A stretch of 64,000 bases of DNA from assembly GCF_009914755.1 (NCBI RefSeq), contig NC_060939.1. One strand, 5' to 3'. Origin of the DNA: the human T2T-CHM13v2.0 reference genome, Homo sapiens. Both the position numbers and the translations under genes were made by a program. Each line of letters begins with the position of its first letter. Within the stretch, counting starts at the first letter, position 1. Under the pieces are notes generated by a model. That model was not told the origin of the DNA. It worked only from the letters and a program-made list of their open reading frames with translations, and ran no database searches. Below, one piece after another: positions 46,415 to 58,999 of the stretch.

Positions 46415-46933
46415 GATGTTCAAATACTCATCATTTTTCAACTGAGCAGTAGCCTCCTCACTGGTATCTTTGGTTTAAATCTTTAGTTCCTCTAATCTAA
46501 ACTCCAAGTGAATGCCCAAGTAATTCTTTTAAAACACACATTTGATCTTCACTCTGGTTTAAAAACCTTCAGCAGCTGTTCACAGCCTTCATGATAAAGT
46601 AAAATTTTCAGAGTTCAGTATATAGACCCACCACCTCATGGCCAATGCCAACCTTATTAACTTCCCATTTTGTTACCTCAAGTGGTCCTCTTAAACAACA
46701 CAGTCTTTCATAGTTCCAGTTCTTACCAATAGTAATCCCTCTGCCTTACTCATCTGGCCAACTCTTACTCATCTTCAAAACTCCAACTACATTGCTATCA
46801 TCTGTTTAAGTGTCTTTCTCTCCCCACTAAACATAAGACCCTTAAGGGCAACGGCCTTAAATTCTAGGCCTAGCATAGGTCCCAGAACATAGCGCATGGT
46901 TAATATTCGTTTGTTGAATAAATAAATGAATAA
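46415..46933 (+). mobile_element. L2 LINE 3' portion
   Basis: 'agcctcctcactggt...tttaaaaaccttcagcagct...cctagcatagg...catagcgcatggttaatattcgtttgttgaataaataaatgaata'. Confidence 0.8.
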
Positions 46934-47074
46934 GTAGTATAGAGATACTCTATTGCCTCAAAAACAGCGTACTAAATGTAATGAAAGTCCTCTTAGCCGA
47001 CAGAATTGAAATTAGTGATTCTGTGATTCAGCTGCAGTCACACAAATCAAGGTGATCTCCTTGATTGCCAGTTT

Positions 47075-48547
47075 TGATGGCAGTGTCAGCCTGTCTGAAG
47101 TGGGCTGCCATGACGCTGGCTGCAGTGGGGGAGGCGCCTTCGGGGCTGCGTGCTCCACGAAGCTGAGCGGATCTGGGAACAGGCGAAAGCCCCGCCCGCT
47201 TCCAAGTTGGAGGGGCGGGGGCCCTACCTTCCTAGTTGTAGCTGCAGCCACACAGCTGCGGCTGCAGCTGCGGACCTGGGAAGCCGCCCCCCACCCGACC
47301 TTGCCCTGCAGGCTCGGAAGTTCCTGCTCCTTCTGCCTGGCCTCTCCCCACTCCCGGTGACTGCTCCTATTTCCGAGCAAAGTTATGGCCCAGCCAGGGC
47401 TCTATCATGACCTGGCAGCTGTGTGTGTGTTCAGGGCAGTGCTGACAAGCCAGCCCACTGCCACCTCGGCCCCCTCCGGACTCTGGGCACTGAGGAGCAC
47501 TGGCAGGAGGCTGAGTGGGGGCTAAGGGCGGCTCAGCACAGGAATGCAGGCACCATGGGCACGAACAACCTTGGCTCTGTGGGCAGCGTGGACAGCAGCA
47601 GGTTAACGGCAGCAGAAGGCAGACAGGCTCCTGGGTGGAAAGAGGCAGGTCCCTGGTGAAACCCCACCTTCAGACGAGGGAAGGCCTGAGGCCTGAGGGC
47701 CGGGCTGCCAGTTCCATGGACTGGAGTGAGAACTTACTGTGCTTTTTCTGGGCCTGCCCATGGCTGCCCATGGACCAGTCAGCAGGCATTTCCTCCCCTT
47801 TGAAGCCCATAAAAACCCAAATTTAGATACACTGGGCATATGACAAGACAACCTGCCTACGGAGAGGAGCTACCCACTGTGGGTCTCCTCTGAGCTCTTC
47901 TGTTGCTCAATAAAGCACCTCTTTGCCTTGCTCACCCTCCACTTGTTCAGATACCTTATTCTTCCTGGACATGGGACAAGAACTTGGGAGCTGCCAAATG
48001 GGGGAGCTGAAAGAGCTGCAACATAAACAGGGCTGAGACATGCCCCTTGCTCACTACATTGTGGGTGATGAGGAGAGAAGAGTGGCAGCCCTTTGGAGAA
48101 CCCAGGCCTTGGGGCCCCCAGAGCCAGGGATGTGACACCACCCTTTTTAGGGCTCTGTAGTTCCTGGCATCTCCAAGCTTCTGGGCACCACCACATTCCC
48201 CTGTGCCAGCCGTGGTAGCTGCTTGCAGTACACCTAGTCCAGCGGCAGCCTCACAGGGGGCCAGGGCCCGTGCTGGTGCCTGGAGCTGCCCGCCCTGCTA
48301 CAGCCAGCATGTCTGGCTCTGCACAGTGGCCAGATCCCATGCTCATTCACTCACACACTCCGCACTGCTCTGTGCCTGGCTCACCCTTGGCAGGCATGGG
48401 ATCCAGGCCAGTAGCAGGAGTAGAGTGCAGCCTGCCAGGCCAAGTGGGCAGAATGAGCCCAGTGGGCCCAAGCAAAACTTGGGCAAAGGCACCACCGGTC
48501 ACAGAAGTTTCCAGCCAGAAAAACTACACCACAAAGATCCTGTGACA
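47075..48547 (+). mobile_element. MER52A-like ERV1 solo LTR
   Basis: Begins 'tgatggcagtgtcagcctgtctgaag' and ends 'gatcctgtgaca' (TG...CA). 4-bp TSD gttt/attt. TATA-like 'cataaaaa' at ~47808 and AATAAA at ~47909. Confidence 0.9.
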
Positions 48548-50299
48548 ATTTGAACTGAATTAGGAGCTTAATGACAATTGTGAATTAATCTCAGGGAAGA
48601 ATCTAGGTTGACAAATGACTTTTTCTCTCAATCCTTTGTAGTTGCTTTGCCCTCACATATTTTGATAGTAACTTTTTAGTGACTTGCTTTGTTGAGTCCT
48701 CAAAGCAGTCAACGTAGAAACAACAGCTCTCTTCTCCTTAGTTCATCAGTTTACATAATATTTAATTAAATTATGTAATTACAAGAACAAGCACAACTGA
48801 CATAATCAGATTTGGGAACAAATACCATGGGCTCTTGGCAAACATATAACTCAACCTGCAGGGGAAAAAAAAGTGTGTCAACATGCTTGCCACAGGAGTG
48901 CAGAAGCACGTGATATCAGTCCGTGAGTTTTGCCAAAGATGTAGAGAGAATCAGTTATGCTAGAGGTGGTTAAGTGGAATTAGGGTAAGAGACATTCTTC
49001 TATAATAGGATGTTTTTGTTACTTATTTTAAGATGCTGCAATGCTTTGAAGTTAGTATTCTAAACATTAATTCTCAATGTACAGAAGCAAAGCTCTAAAT
49101 ATAATAGGCACAGGAGATTGAGCCGAATTGCTTTTGACTCCAGAATATAGTCTGGGCAGTCCTATTTTTAATGTCTCATACTTACCAATTCTTTCCTTCA
49201 AATAGCACAATATAAAAAAATAGAGAACTTAAATTCTGGTAGAGTTTTTGTTATATATTGTTTTGTTTTATTTTCTCCTTATCTCCTTCAACTTGGATAG
49301 ACTACAATGATAAAGATTAATATTCAAGAATTCATTGAAAATTTTTGACTTCTGCCTTATGGAAAAGTAAAGGACTGATGAAACAATGATATTTTGTTTA
49401 AGAGAAAATGAGACTGCCTTTTTAAAACTTTGTGTTAATCTGAGCCATTTTTAATCAGGATGACCCAATTACATAGCTCAAAACAAGAGCAATGCAGAAG
49501 TCAATGCACCAATTCCAAGGATAAAACACTGAAAGCATCCTATAGGTAGAAAACACACTATTCTTTTGGTTACAGGCTCATCTCAAATGCAGGAAAAACA
49601 ACCTTTCAGAAAAACACCAAGTCAAGGGGTTTTATGGTGGGATGGGGTCACTTAGGAAGACTCAGTGTTCTCTCCAACAGAGGAAATAGTTACAAGGAGT
49701 GGATATGTGGAAGCCAGATGTTTCTGGGACTTTCAACAATACCATAAGTAAGCAAGTCTCTAAGTAGTCTGTACAGATTGATTTTTTTAAAAGCAGTGGA
49801 CTCCTTTTGAGATAATTAGCCTATCTCTCATCACCGTCACTCAATCTCAAAGTGGTGGAGTCTTAGATCATTTTCTCTTCCATTGCTGAGCTTCTTCATC
49901 CACAAGCAACAGCTCTCATAAACATACATATTTCAGAGATTCCTAAAGGAGAAGTTTTGTTTTTGTTTATTTTTCTGTAATGTGTACAAATGTACATACT
50001 AGTATACATGAATATACATAGTATGTCATTTATATAAAGTACATCTTAATATATTACATCCACTGTAATATCTTTAATCTCAGAAAGTAAAATTGTCCTG
50101 AGGGGCAGCCACATACCAGGTGTCATTAGTAATCTCAGATTAGTTGGAGCTCCTAGACTAGCCCACCAGTATCATCAAACAAATTTATTCTGTTATTCTC
50201 TGCTTTGGAATTTTTCACTCATAACCTAATACCCTCGTTTTCCACATTCCACACAACTGTTAAATTGGAACTCACCTCCTTCTTGAAACAAATGTCTTC

Positions 50300-50491
50300 A
50301 GTCACCACAGAAGCAGCCATGCTGAGTGGACAAAGCAGAGTAAGCATGATCCCAGCTAGACACCAGCCTCAAAGTGCAAGCCAAGAAACCACCATAGGAA
50401 ACTGAAATAGACCTCCCATACCCCAAACACAGGACGGCACCTCAGCAATGGGTCTGATAGGAATGGATTCCAGCTCTGTGGTCATTCACAT
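50300..50491 (+). repeat. 192-bp direct repeat, copy 1
   Basis: Aligns without gaps to 51375-51566 with 9 mismatches (manual count). Confidence 0.95.
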
Positions 50492-51297
50492 GACCTTTTG
50501 CCTTTGCCACTCTCTGATGAAGACTGCTTTCCTGCACATAGAAAAAGTGTCTTATTTGCAGACTGAACTGCATTTATTGAAATTTCAAAGGATGGCTCTT
50601 AATTTATTCCTGTATTGCATGCAAGGAATTGTGGCTGAATTTTTTGGACAGTATCTAACAGTTTCCTCAAACCTTGGAGGGCTAAGGTCTCTGGAAAGAA
50701 GGCATTCTTTGCTGACATCATAGTTACTGGTGCTCAGCAAGTGTCATACCCACAGTCTGCTGATACTATGGGCAGTAATATCAGCAACCTCCCAATGTTT
50801 TACTTTTTTCTTTGCTTAAAGAATACTATTTCATCAGACCTCACTTTTGGCTCAAAGTCTTCGATATTTGACCCCTCACAGTTTCCTCTCTTATCCATCT
50901 TGTTATAGGCAGTCTTACAGTGGGAAACACCTGGCAGACATTAGCACGGTTGTTAACAATAGAGAGGCAGGTCAAGAATGAACTCCAGATGAGATCAGAA
51001 ACAAGAGTTTGGAGAAAAAAAAAAAAAGTGTGCAGAGGACAAAAGAAAAGATGGAAGGAAGGAGAGGAAACATTCTAACAAAAGTGCTCTCTGCCCTCTC
51101 CCCTCCTCCACCCTCCACGGCTTCCCCTTCGGGACTAGGCCGGACTCTGATTTCATATCTCTTCTTCCCACCTCCCACTACTCTCCATCTCCAAACAACA
51201 GGGATTCCAGAGACAAGCTATAGTGATGGCTTCACCAGCAGGCTTGCTTCAAGGTCTGGCCCTTGGCATCAGAAACAGTAGTGACCACAACCATGTC

Positions 51298-51343
51298 GGA
51301 CGTCGGACTAAACACCGCAAGGACGTCGGACTAAACACTGCAT
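51298..51343. repeat. 23-bp tandem duplication, CpG-rich
   Basis: ggacgtcggactaaacaccgcaa / ggacgtcggactaaacactgcat. Confidence 0.9.
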
Positions 51344-51374
51344 TCATTCCTAGAAATCCACCTCCCCTGCAATT

Positions 51375-51566
51375 AGTCACCACGGAAGCAGCCATGCTGA
51401 GTGGAGAAAGCAGGGTAAGCATGATCCCAGCTAGACACCAGCCTCAAAGTGCAAGCCAAGAAACCACCACATGAAACTGAAATAGACCTCCAATACCCCA
51501 AACACATGACGGCACCCCAGCAATGGGTCTGATAGGAATGGATTCCAGCTCTGTGGTCATTCGCAT
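51375..51566 (+). repeat. 192-bp direct repeat, copy 2
   Basis: See copy 1; offset 1075 bp. Confidence 0.95.
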
Positions 51567-52519
51567 CATGAAGCATCAGCCCAAGTCCACTGTCACTTCT
51601 TATAAGCTGCCAATCCACCCAAATTTGTCTGGCTTTGAGTCATCGATCTGATGAGAACTGGAAATGCTAACTTGATTCTCTCTGCTTTCAAAGAAATGAT
51701 GCAACCCAGATGTGTGAGTAATGAATGACCAGAAAATGGGTAATGTAAAAACTTAATCCAAAATAAACAAACAAAACCTAAAACCATGATATTGGGGGAT
51801 TAGAAATCGGGAAGATATTCTGAAATGTGCACCGAATTGAGTAGGCACACTGGGAGTCTCAGTTACCACACTATATGAGATTTGGCATGAAAAGAGACAG
51901 AAACATTGTCGCTGTTCATCACAGACAATGTCAGAACACCAGCCAAGCAACGCATTTGTAGATTGTTGCACGTGTCAGTGATGGCGTCCACTTCCTGCAG
52001 AGGAAGCCAGTGGCATGGTAGGATGCTTGTCCAGGAGAATCGTAAAGGAAATAGGAGCTATTTTGCTATTTTGGGGTGAGCAAATGGGAAGTCACGTCAG
52101 CCTTGTCCCCAACACACACAATCTCTATCTCCTATTTAGTTTTTCTCCTGTTAAGCTGTTGCCACCTTCCTTTTCCCTTTCCCCACCTTCTGCCACCCCT
52201 CCCCAGAGAAATTCCAACTATATATAAACAAGAAGATATTAAACAAATGAATTGGCTCCAGACGTTGTCATGAAATTGGGTATAAATACCCACTTTTCTG
52301 GCCCTACTCTGCAGTTACGTAAGGAAGAGCAGGCTTAATTGCTCCAATCCCATGGCTATGTTGGCATATTTCCAAATGATTACATAACTTCCCCACATCC
52401 TTCTCTAGGAGGGAGTGTTTATCAAAAGCGTGGAAGCTGACAGGATGGCATTATTAGCGTGGCTCTGAGCTAATCCTGTTGCCGATTTGTTGAGGATGAT
52501 TTTCACTCTAGTCACTTAC

Positions 52520-52560
52520 AGACGGGATGCTTTCTGACACGTTGCCCTCATGAAGGTAGA
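52520..52560 (-). pseudogene. candidate decayed coding exon (X4), 41 nt
   Basis: Acceptor 'gcctttattttgtag|TC' and donor 'TCT|gtaagt'. Phase 1 to 0, open: (V)YLHEGNVSESIPS. Compatible with both X3 and X5. Confidence 0.55.
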
Positions 52561-53028
52561 CTACAAAATAAAGGCATGCAAATGGAATGATAGGGGGATT
52601 ACAGAGACACGAGCTATGGTGGGGGGTTTGGGGACACGTTCTGAAATTATTGTAAGGCTAACAATGAAAACATAATTTTGGGTTCACCTACATTTGGGAT
52701 TGTCTATTTCAGATGTATATGTGGAAATGGTGCACCAGGAAACTGAATTCCAATGACGTTTCCTCTGGAGGCAGGAAAAATAATTTCAATGTAATTCAAA
52801 CAGTTGTAGGGGAGGGAGAGGGAAAGGAGGTTTTCTGTGATTGCCAATTATGACAAAGAGTTCAAAGCTTTAGCAGATGAGCTGTTTCCTTCATAAACAG
52901 AGCCATAAAAGGGTTGTATCCAAGTTGTATCCTCCAACCTGGCCTGAACATTTCAGTAATATTGAACCAATGTAAACAGACTTGGATAATCAGAAATGGC
53001 TCTCAAAAAAATGGTACTAATAAGATAC

Positions 53029-53863
<835 letters not shown>

Positions 53864-54229
53864 CTTTATGAGGAAAAGAAGTAAAAGAGAAAGATTTCCA
53901 GATTATTTGATTTAAGAGTATGGTACTGAAGGCAATGGTTATGTTGCTCTGTAATTCACAGCCCCAAGAGCCAGGGCAGCACTGGCACTGGTGGTCTCCA
54001 GGCTGCCTAAGGAACAGGCTGGGTCTGAGTGAGAGTTGATCTGATGTTATCTCCATAGTTTTTCACCATATAGCGCTAATTGCTTCTTCTGTTTTAGACT
54101 TATATTAAGACTCTTTCTAAAGGACCCAAAGCACCTTTAAAAAAATTCAGATAATTTTTTAATGATCATCAATTCTAAAAATTACACAATTGTCAAAGAA
54201 CATGAATAAACAATTGATATAAAATGAAG

Positions 54230-54487
54230 TCTAAATAGTTTATGAACATAGGAAAAGAAACTTAGCTTTAATCATAATTAAAGATATGCAGATTAAAACA
54301 GTAACAAGGTACTATTTTTCACATATTGGTATGGTAAATAGATAAAAGAAAATTAATTATACACAAAGAGTTGGTGGGTGTGTAGGAAAACTGACACTCA
54401 CGAATATAACGTTGATGGGAGAATAAATGTACCTAACTTATAGTGGGTCAATTTGGCAAAACAGATCAACCTTTTAAGTGCATATCC
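54230..54487 (+). mobile_element. L1ME-type fragment
   Basis: 'taattaaagatatgcagattaaaacagtaacaaggtactatttttcac...gttgatgggagaataaat...caatttggcaaaa'. Confidence 0.65.
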
Positions 54488-54492
54488 ATTGA

Positions 54493-55432
54493 TAAACTTT
54501 TTAGTGCAGTTTTGAGTTCACATCAAAATTTGGCAGAAAGTAAAGATAGCTCCCATAAACCCCAATCCCCACACATGTACAGCCCGCCCTACAATCAACA
54601 TCCTGCATCAGAGTGGTACATATGCTACAATCCATGAACTTACACTGAACTGACATTGAAACAGAGTATTACCCAAAGTCCGTAGTTTACATCAGGGCTA
54701 ACTCTTGGTGTATATTCTGTGGGTTTGGATCAATGTATAATGACATGTGTCCACCATTGCAGTAACATACAGAACAGTTTCACTGTCCTAAAAGTCCTCT
54801 GTGCTCTGCCTAATTATCCCTCCCTCCCCCAAACCCCTGGTAACCACTGATCCTTTTACCGATTCCATGGTTTTGCCTTTTCCATAATGTCATAGAGCTG
54901 GAATCATACAGCAGGTAGCCATTTCAAATTGATTATTTTCATTCAATAATATGCCGTTAGTATTCCTCCAAGTCTTTTCATGGCTTGATAGTTCATTTCT
55001 TTTTACTGAATAATATTTCATTGTCTGGGCGTATCACAGTTTATTTATCCATGCACCTACTAAAGAACATCTTGGTTGCTTCTAAGTTTTGGCAATTATG
55101 AATAAAGCTGTGACAGACATCCGTGTACAGGTTTTTGTATGGACATACATTTTCAACTTCTTTGAGTAAATACCAAGGAGCATGACTGATGGATCATATG
55201 GTAAAAGTAGGTTTAGTTTTTTAAGAAACTGCCAAACTGTCTTTTAAAGTAGCTATACCACTTTTCATTCCTAACAGCAATGAATGAGAGTTCCTGTTAC
55301 TCCACATCCTTGTCAGCATTTGGTGTTGTCAGTGCTTTGGGGTTTGGCCATTTTAATAGGTGTGATGTGATATCCTACTGTTGTTTTAGCCTGAAATTCT
55401 CCAATGACATATGCTGTTGAACTAAAGCATCT
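54493..55432 (-). mobile_element. L1MC/L1MD-type 3' end
   Basis: Reverse 3'UTR 'cagttttgagttcacatcaaaatttggcagaaag...cagagtggtacat...acccaaagtccgtagtttacatcaggg', then reverse ORF2 end. (TA)n follows at 55434-55457. Confidence 0.88.
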
Positions 55433-55638
55433 CATATATATATATATATATATATATCCATTAATCAAGTGATGCCTTTGAATGAAAAATTAACTTTGGG
55501 AATATGATGGGCTGGAAAACAAAATGGGTACATTATGAAATAAACCTCCTCCCATCAGAAATAAAGACACTATTAAAACAGCTCAGAGAACATGACATAT
55601 TCATATCCTAATGAATTTTTGTTCAATATCACCCAGAT

Positions 55639-55897
55639 CAGTGTTTTCCTAACATTTTTGATTATCATCTGCAGTGAGAAAAGCATCTTACTTTTGGGGT
55701 ATACACCCACATATGCCTAAAACAAAAGCTTCAGAAATAAGTATTTACCATTCCTACGTCTGCTGCACTCAGTTTTACATTTCAGTTCTAATATACTCTT
55801 ATTTATTCTATTGCATTTTTTAAAATAAATTGTGTTTGCTATCTAAGTCAACCTTATGACTCATTAATGAGTTGTCACCCAAGTTTTAAAATAATCA
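55639..55897. mobile_element. hAT-Charlie-type MITE
   Basis: Starts 'cagtgttttcctaacatttttga'. Internal 'aaaacaaaagcttcagaaataagtatttacc...tgcactc', ending 'actcattaatgagttgtcacccaagttttaaaa'. Confidence 0.55.
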
Positions 55898-56289
55898 AAT
55901 CAAGATAACTATACTTTTTAAATGTGTAAAGTAATAATTTGTGGAAAACTTATCTTTAAGATTAATCATAAGTAATTATCAAAGAACTTGGGTCTAAACT
56001 TTCAAATTTCTCTGGATCAAGATTTTCCATTTGAACAATTAAGACATGAATAGGATGCTCAGGACCTGATTAACTTCAAATTTTTTACTTTTTATTTTAA
56101 AAGATGCCAGATGTCCATCTACAATCTCCTATATCACATCTTCAGCAAAGTTAAAAAGAAAAATCCAACCTTGGAGATTTTATCATATTAAATATCACCA
56201 TGTTCATAATTGAAACTTAACTTCAAAGTCTCTAAATACAAGTTCTGATCTGCTACTGTCTGCTTTCACTTTTATCTTTTAGAAATGTA

Positions 56290-56595
56290 CATGTATTTTC
56301 TTCTTTCTTTCTACCTCATTCTTTGTTTAATTGCTTTTTGTTTCTTTCCCTTCATTCCTTTTTCCTGCCTTATACCTTCCTTTCCCATTTCTTTCTTGCC
56401 TTTCCCTACTTCCTCTCTTTTTTCTGACCTTCAGTCTTTTTTGTCTTTTCTTTCTCTAGCTCTCCCTGTCCCTCCCATTTCTTCCATCTTCCTCTCTTTT
56501 TTTCTCTCTCCTTGTGTTCATACCTTTCATACAATAACAATAGCTAGTATTTTTCTTTCAACTCACTCCTAAAATTTTCTTTCTTCTCTTTTAAA
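56290..56595. repeat. CT-rich low-complexity tract
   Basis: ~300 bp of strongly pyrimidine-biased sequence. Confidence 0.8.
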
Positions 56596-56719
56596 TATCC
56601 TTCTGTCACTCAACTCTACTTTTCAATTACCTTTCCATGCCAGTGATTGTAAATGAAAAGTTATTCCCACTTGATACCATTGGAGATAAAGACAATAAAA
56701 ATCTGCCTCATTTAAAGTT

Positions 56720-56764
56720 TGTGTGTATGCGCATGTGTGTGTGTGTGTGTGTCTGTGTCTGTGT
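56720..56764. repeat. (TG)n microsatellite, interrupted
   Basis: Seen directly. Confidence 0.85.
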
Positions 56765-57234
56765 ATAAAACCTAATATGAATTTTTATTATTTCAGAAAA
56801 TGCTATGAGTGTATTTCCAGAAAGCTGGTTTTGATAGGAAGAAAGAGGAGTAAGCACAGAGCAACGGGAGGAAAGGGACCACTACAAAGATCCACGTTTA
56901 CTACAAAGACTCATGTTTGCAAAAAAAAAAAAAAAGGGGGCCTAACTTGAATTTAAGAGTCATATATTCCTTTTATGAGGCTCAGCATACTTATCTGAAA
57001 ACAAAAACAAAACTAAAAGCAAATACTACAGTAATAATTACAAGTTGACTACATTTTATTATAAGGTGCCTTCACAAAGAGCCAGTTTCATTTGTTATAT
57101 CTCCCTGGAAAACCTTTCTAGCCCATCTTAAGCCACAGGTCCTGGTTTCCTAGGACTTAAAGATGAAATAGATTCAAATTACTTTCTATTTCAGGTAAAA
57201 TGTGTGTCTACTTTGGTTCCTCTGTGAGGTAGAG

Positions 57235-57425
57235 GAGACAATATCCAGCTTCTGGTGGTAACACCGCTCCCAACTTTTGATTAAGTCCTTTAACCTTCCT
57301 CTCCTGTAAATCATATAAAGTAGCACCTCAACGAACAGCACTTGGCGAAGTGGAAGGGTTAAGTAAGATAACAAATGTGAAATGCTTTGAGAAAGCTAAT
57401 ACAGCTTTATAAATGTGTTATTAAA
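57235..57425 (+). mobile_element. MIR SINE
   Basis: 'aagtcctttaaccttcctctcctgtaaa...tagcacctca...ttaagtaagataacaaatgtgaaatgctttga...ctttataaatg'. Confidence 0.65.
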
Positions 57426-57793
57426 AATGCCATTTTCATAAACCAATGAAAATACCTATTCTGGAAATATAATGATATCCTACCTCCATGGTTTGTTACC
57501 CAGCAACACATTGGGTACGTAAAAACTTAACAACTTGAAATATTTCTCATGCAAGATCAAAACCTCCAAGTTTTCTGCCCACCACCTGTACCCTATAATA
57601 CCCACAAAAGGGATCACTTAGAAAGGAAGGGAAAATATTATCATTTTAAATTAATTTAGCACCATGGAGGTGCTAAGTGATGTTCAGAATAATATATTCA
57701 AAATAACACATGGAAATAATAAAATCCTAACTTGCTTATTCCTCCCTGAGGCAAAAGTTTGATTTGCTTTATTCTTCCTCAGTGTCTGCGTAC

Positions 57794-57947
57794 CTCATTG
57801 TTTACCAGGTAACTGCAACGTATGATGTGCGGACAACTTTTTTCAATGTTTTAAAATTATAAAACTTTGACATGAAAACACTTTTTTACTCAGTTGATTT
57901 TATTTCTCCCTCTGGTGTCAGGGATGTGATGCTGTTTTGTCAGGCAG
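57794..57947 (-). pseudogene. weaker candidate decayed exon (X2), 154 nt
   Basis: Acceptor 'ttttaacttgtctccag|CT' and donor 'GAG|gtacgc'. Phase 1 to 2 bridges X1 and X3, but it has 3 stops in 52 codons, no better than random: TA*QNSITSLTPEGEIKSTE*KSVFMSKFYNFKTLKKVVRTSYVAVTW*TM(R). Confidence 0.4.
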
Positions 57948-58950
57948 CTGGAGACAAGTTAAAATAGCTCACCAAAGGGAGAGGAAATCATAAGGCAAAG
58001 GGAGATGATTCTGACGCAAGGAAAACCTCTCAATAAAATAAACATCTGGGGCCACAGGGGACAGGTAATCTGATGCCCTGCAGTAGCTTGTTATCAGTTG
58101 CAATTACTTCTTTTCCAGCACAGAAGTATTCAAACTTCCCCCAAATCCAATCCAGTCTCTGTTTTACTTTTAGATTTCAAAACTTAAATCACAGTTATTA
58201 ACCAATAAACAAACAAAATGTATTATACGAAACAGCTCTGAATTCAGTCCTGCAATAGGGTACTGGAAATCAGTCTTAAGAAGCAGCATCACATTGTTCA
58301 CAAAAGAGAGGCTACTGGCAGTAGGAGTAAATATGTTACATTTGTACACTATGGGCAAGTGTGTATAGAAGTCATTCATTTCTGCTTTCCACCTTTCTCC
58401 CCAATACGAATCTACAAAGTCAGTTTGTAGCCTGAAAGTCATATCTGGAAACTACTTTAATGAATACAAGTTTCTCCTGAGCCAGAAAAAAAAGGATTGC
58501 CTTCCTTTTCCTAACTTCCTAATCCTTTTCACTCCCCAGTTGCCCAGTGTGGTATCAAAAGGAGACTAGATTTATCTCCAAGCCACTCCAATAAACTCCA
58601 ACAAAAGACAGCACCTTATCAAGGCACTTAGAGTCTCCCTGACTTATAAAATTTTTGTCTTAAAAATATGTCATTATATTTTTTCAGCACAAAAGAAAAC
58701 CATATTTAGATAAAAGCCTTATTTAAGTAGCCACACGTATAATAAACACACATGTCCTTCCTTTTCTGTGAATTTAGTACGTGCTCCAGCCAGCCATTCT
58801 ATTCTCAACACCTGTGAAGACTTTTTTGTAAATGTAATGAGTTACATTGTAAGGAATATGTCAAATCATACATTGAAAATGAAGCTTGGAATGCATCTGC
58901 CTTGTAATTTTACCCAGCAGATATGTACTCATGTTCACCTGGCTTTATTT

Positions 58951-58952
<2 letters not shown>

Positions 58953-58994
<42 letters not shown>
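58953..58994. repeat. (GT)n microsatellite, ~21 perfect units
   Basis: Seen directly. Confidence 0.95.

Positions 58995-58999
<5 letters not shown>

Noticed and set aside
48826-48855. 30-nt minus-strand micro-exon after a strong 'ttttttttcccctgcag' acceptor
   Set aside because: Weak donor (ATG|gtattt), not needed to keep the frame, and no other support.
50300-51566. The 192-bp repeats as LTRs of a small retroelement, or the 23-bp repeats as CRISPR-like
   Set aside because: No TG...CA ends, PBS/PPT or TSD. There are only two units with no spacers, and the DNA is human.
56285-56572. 95-aa hydrophobic ORF
   Set aside because: A product of the CT-rich low-complexity tract.
58170-58442. 90-aa minus-strand ORF with an acceptor-like 'gactttcag' as another exon
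   Set aside because: No convincing donor, and its open-frame phase (2) does not follow X1. It cannot be fully excluded without an ortholog.
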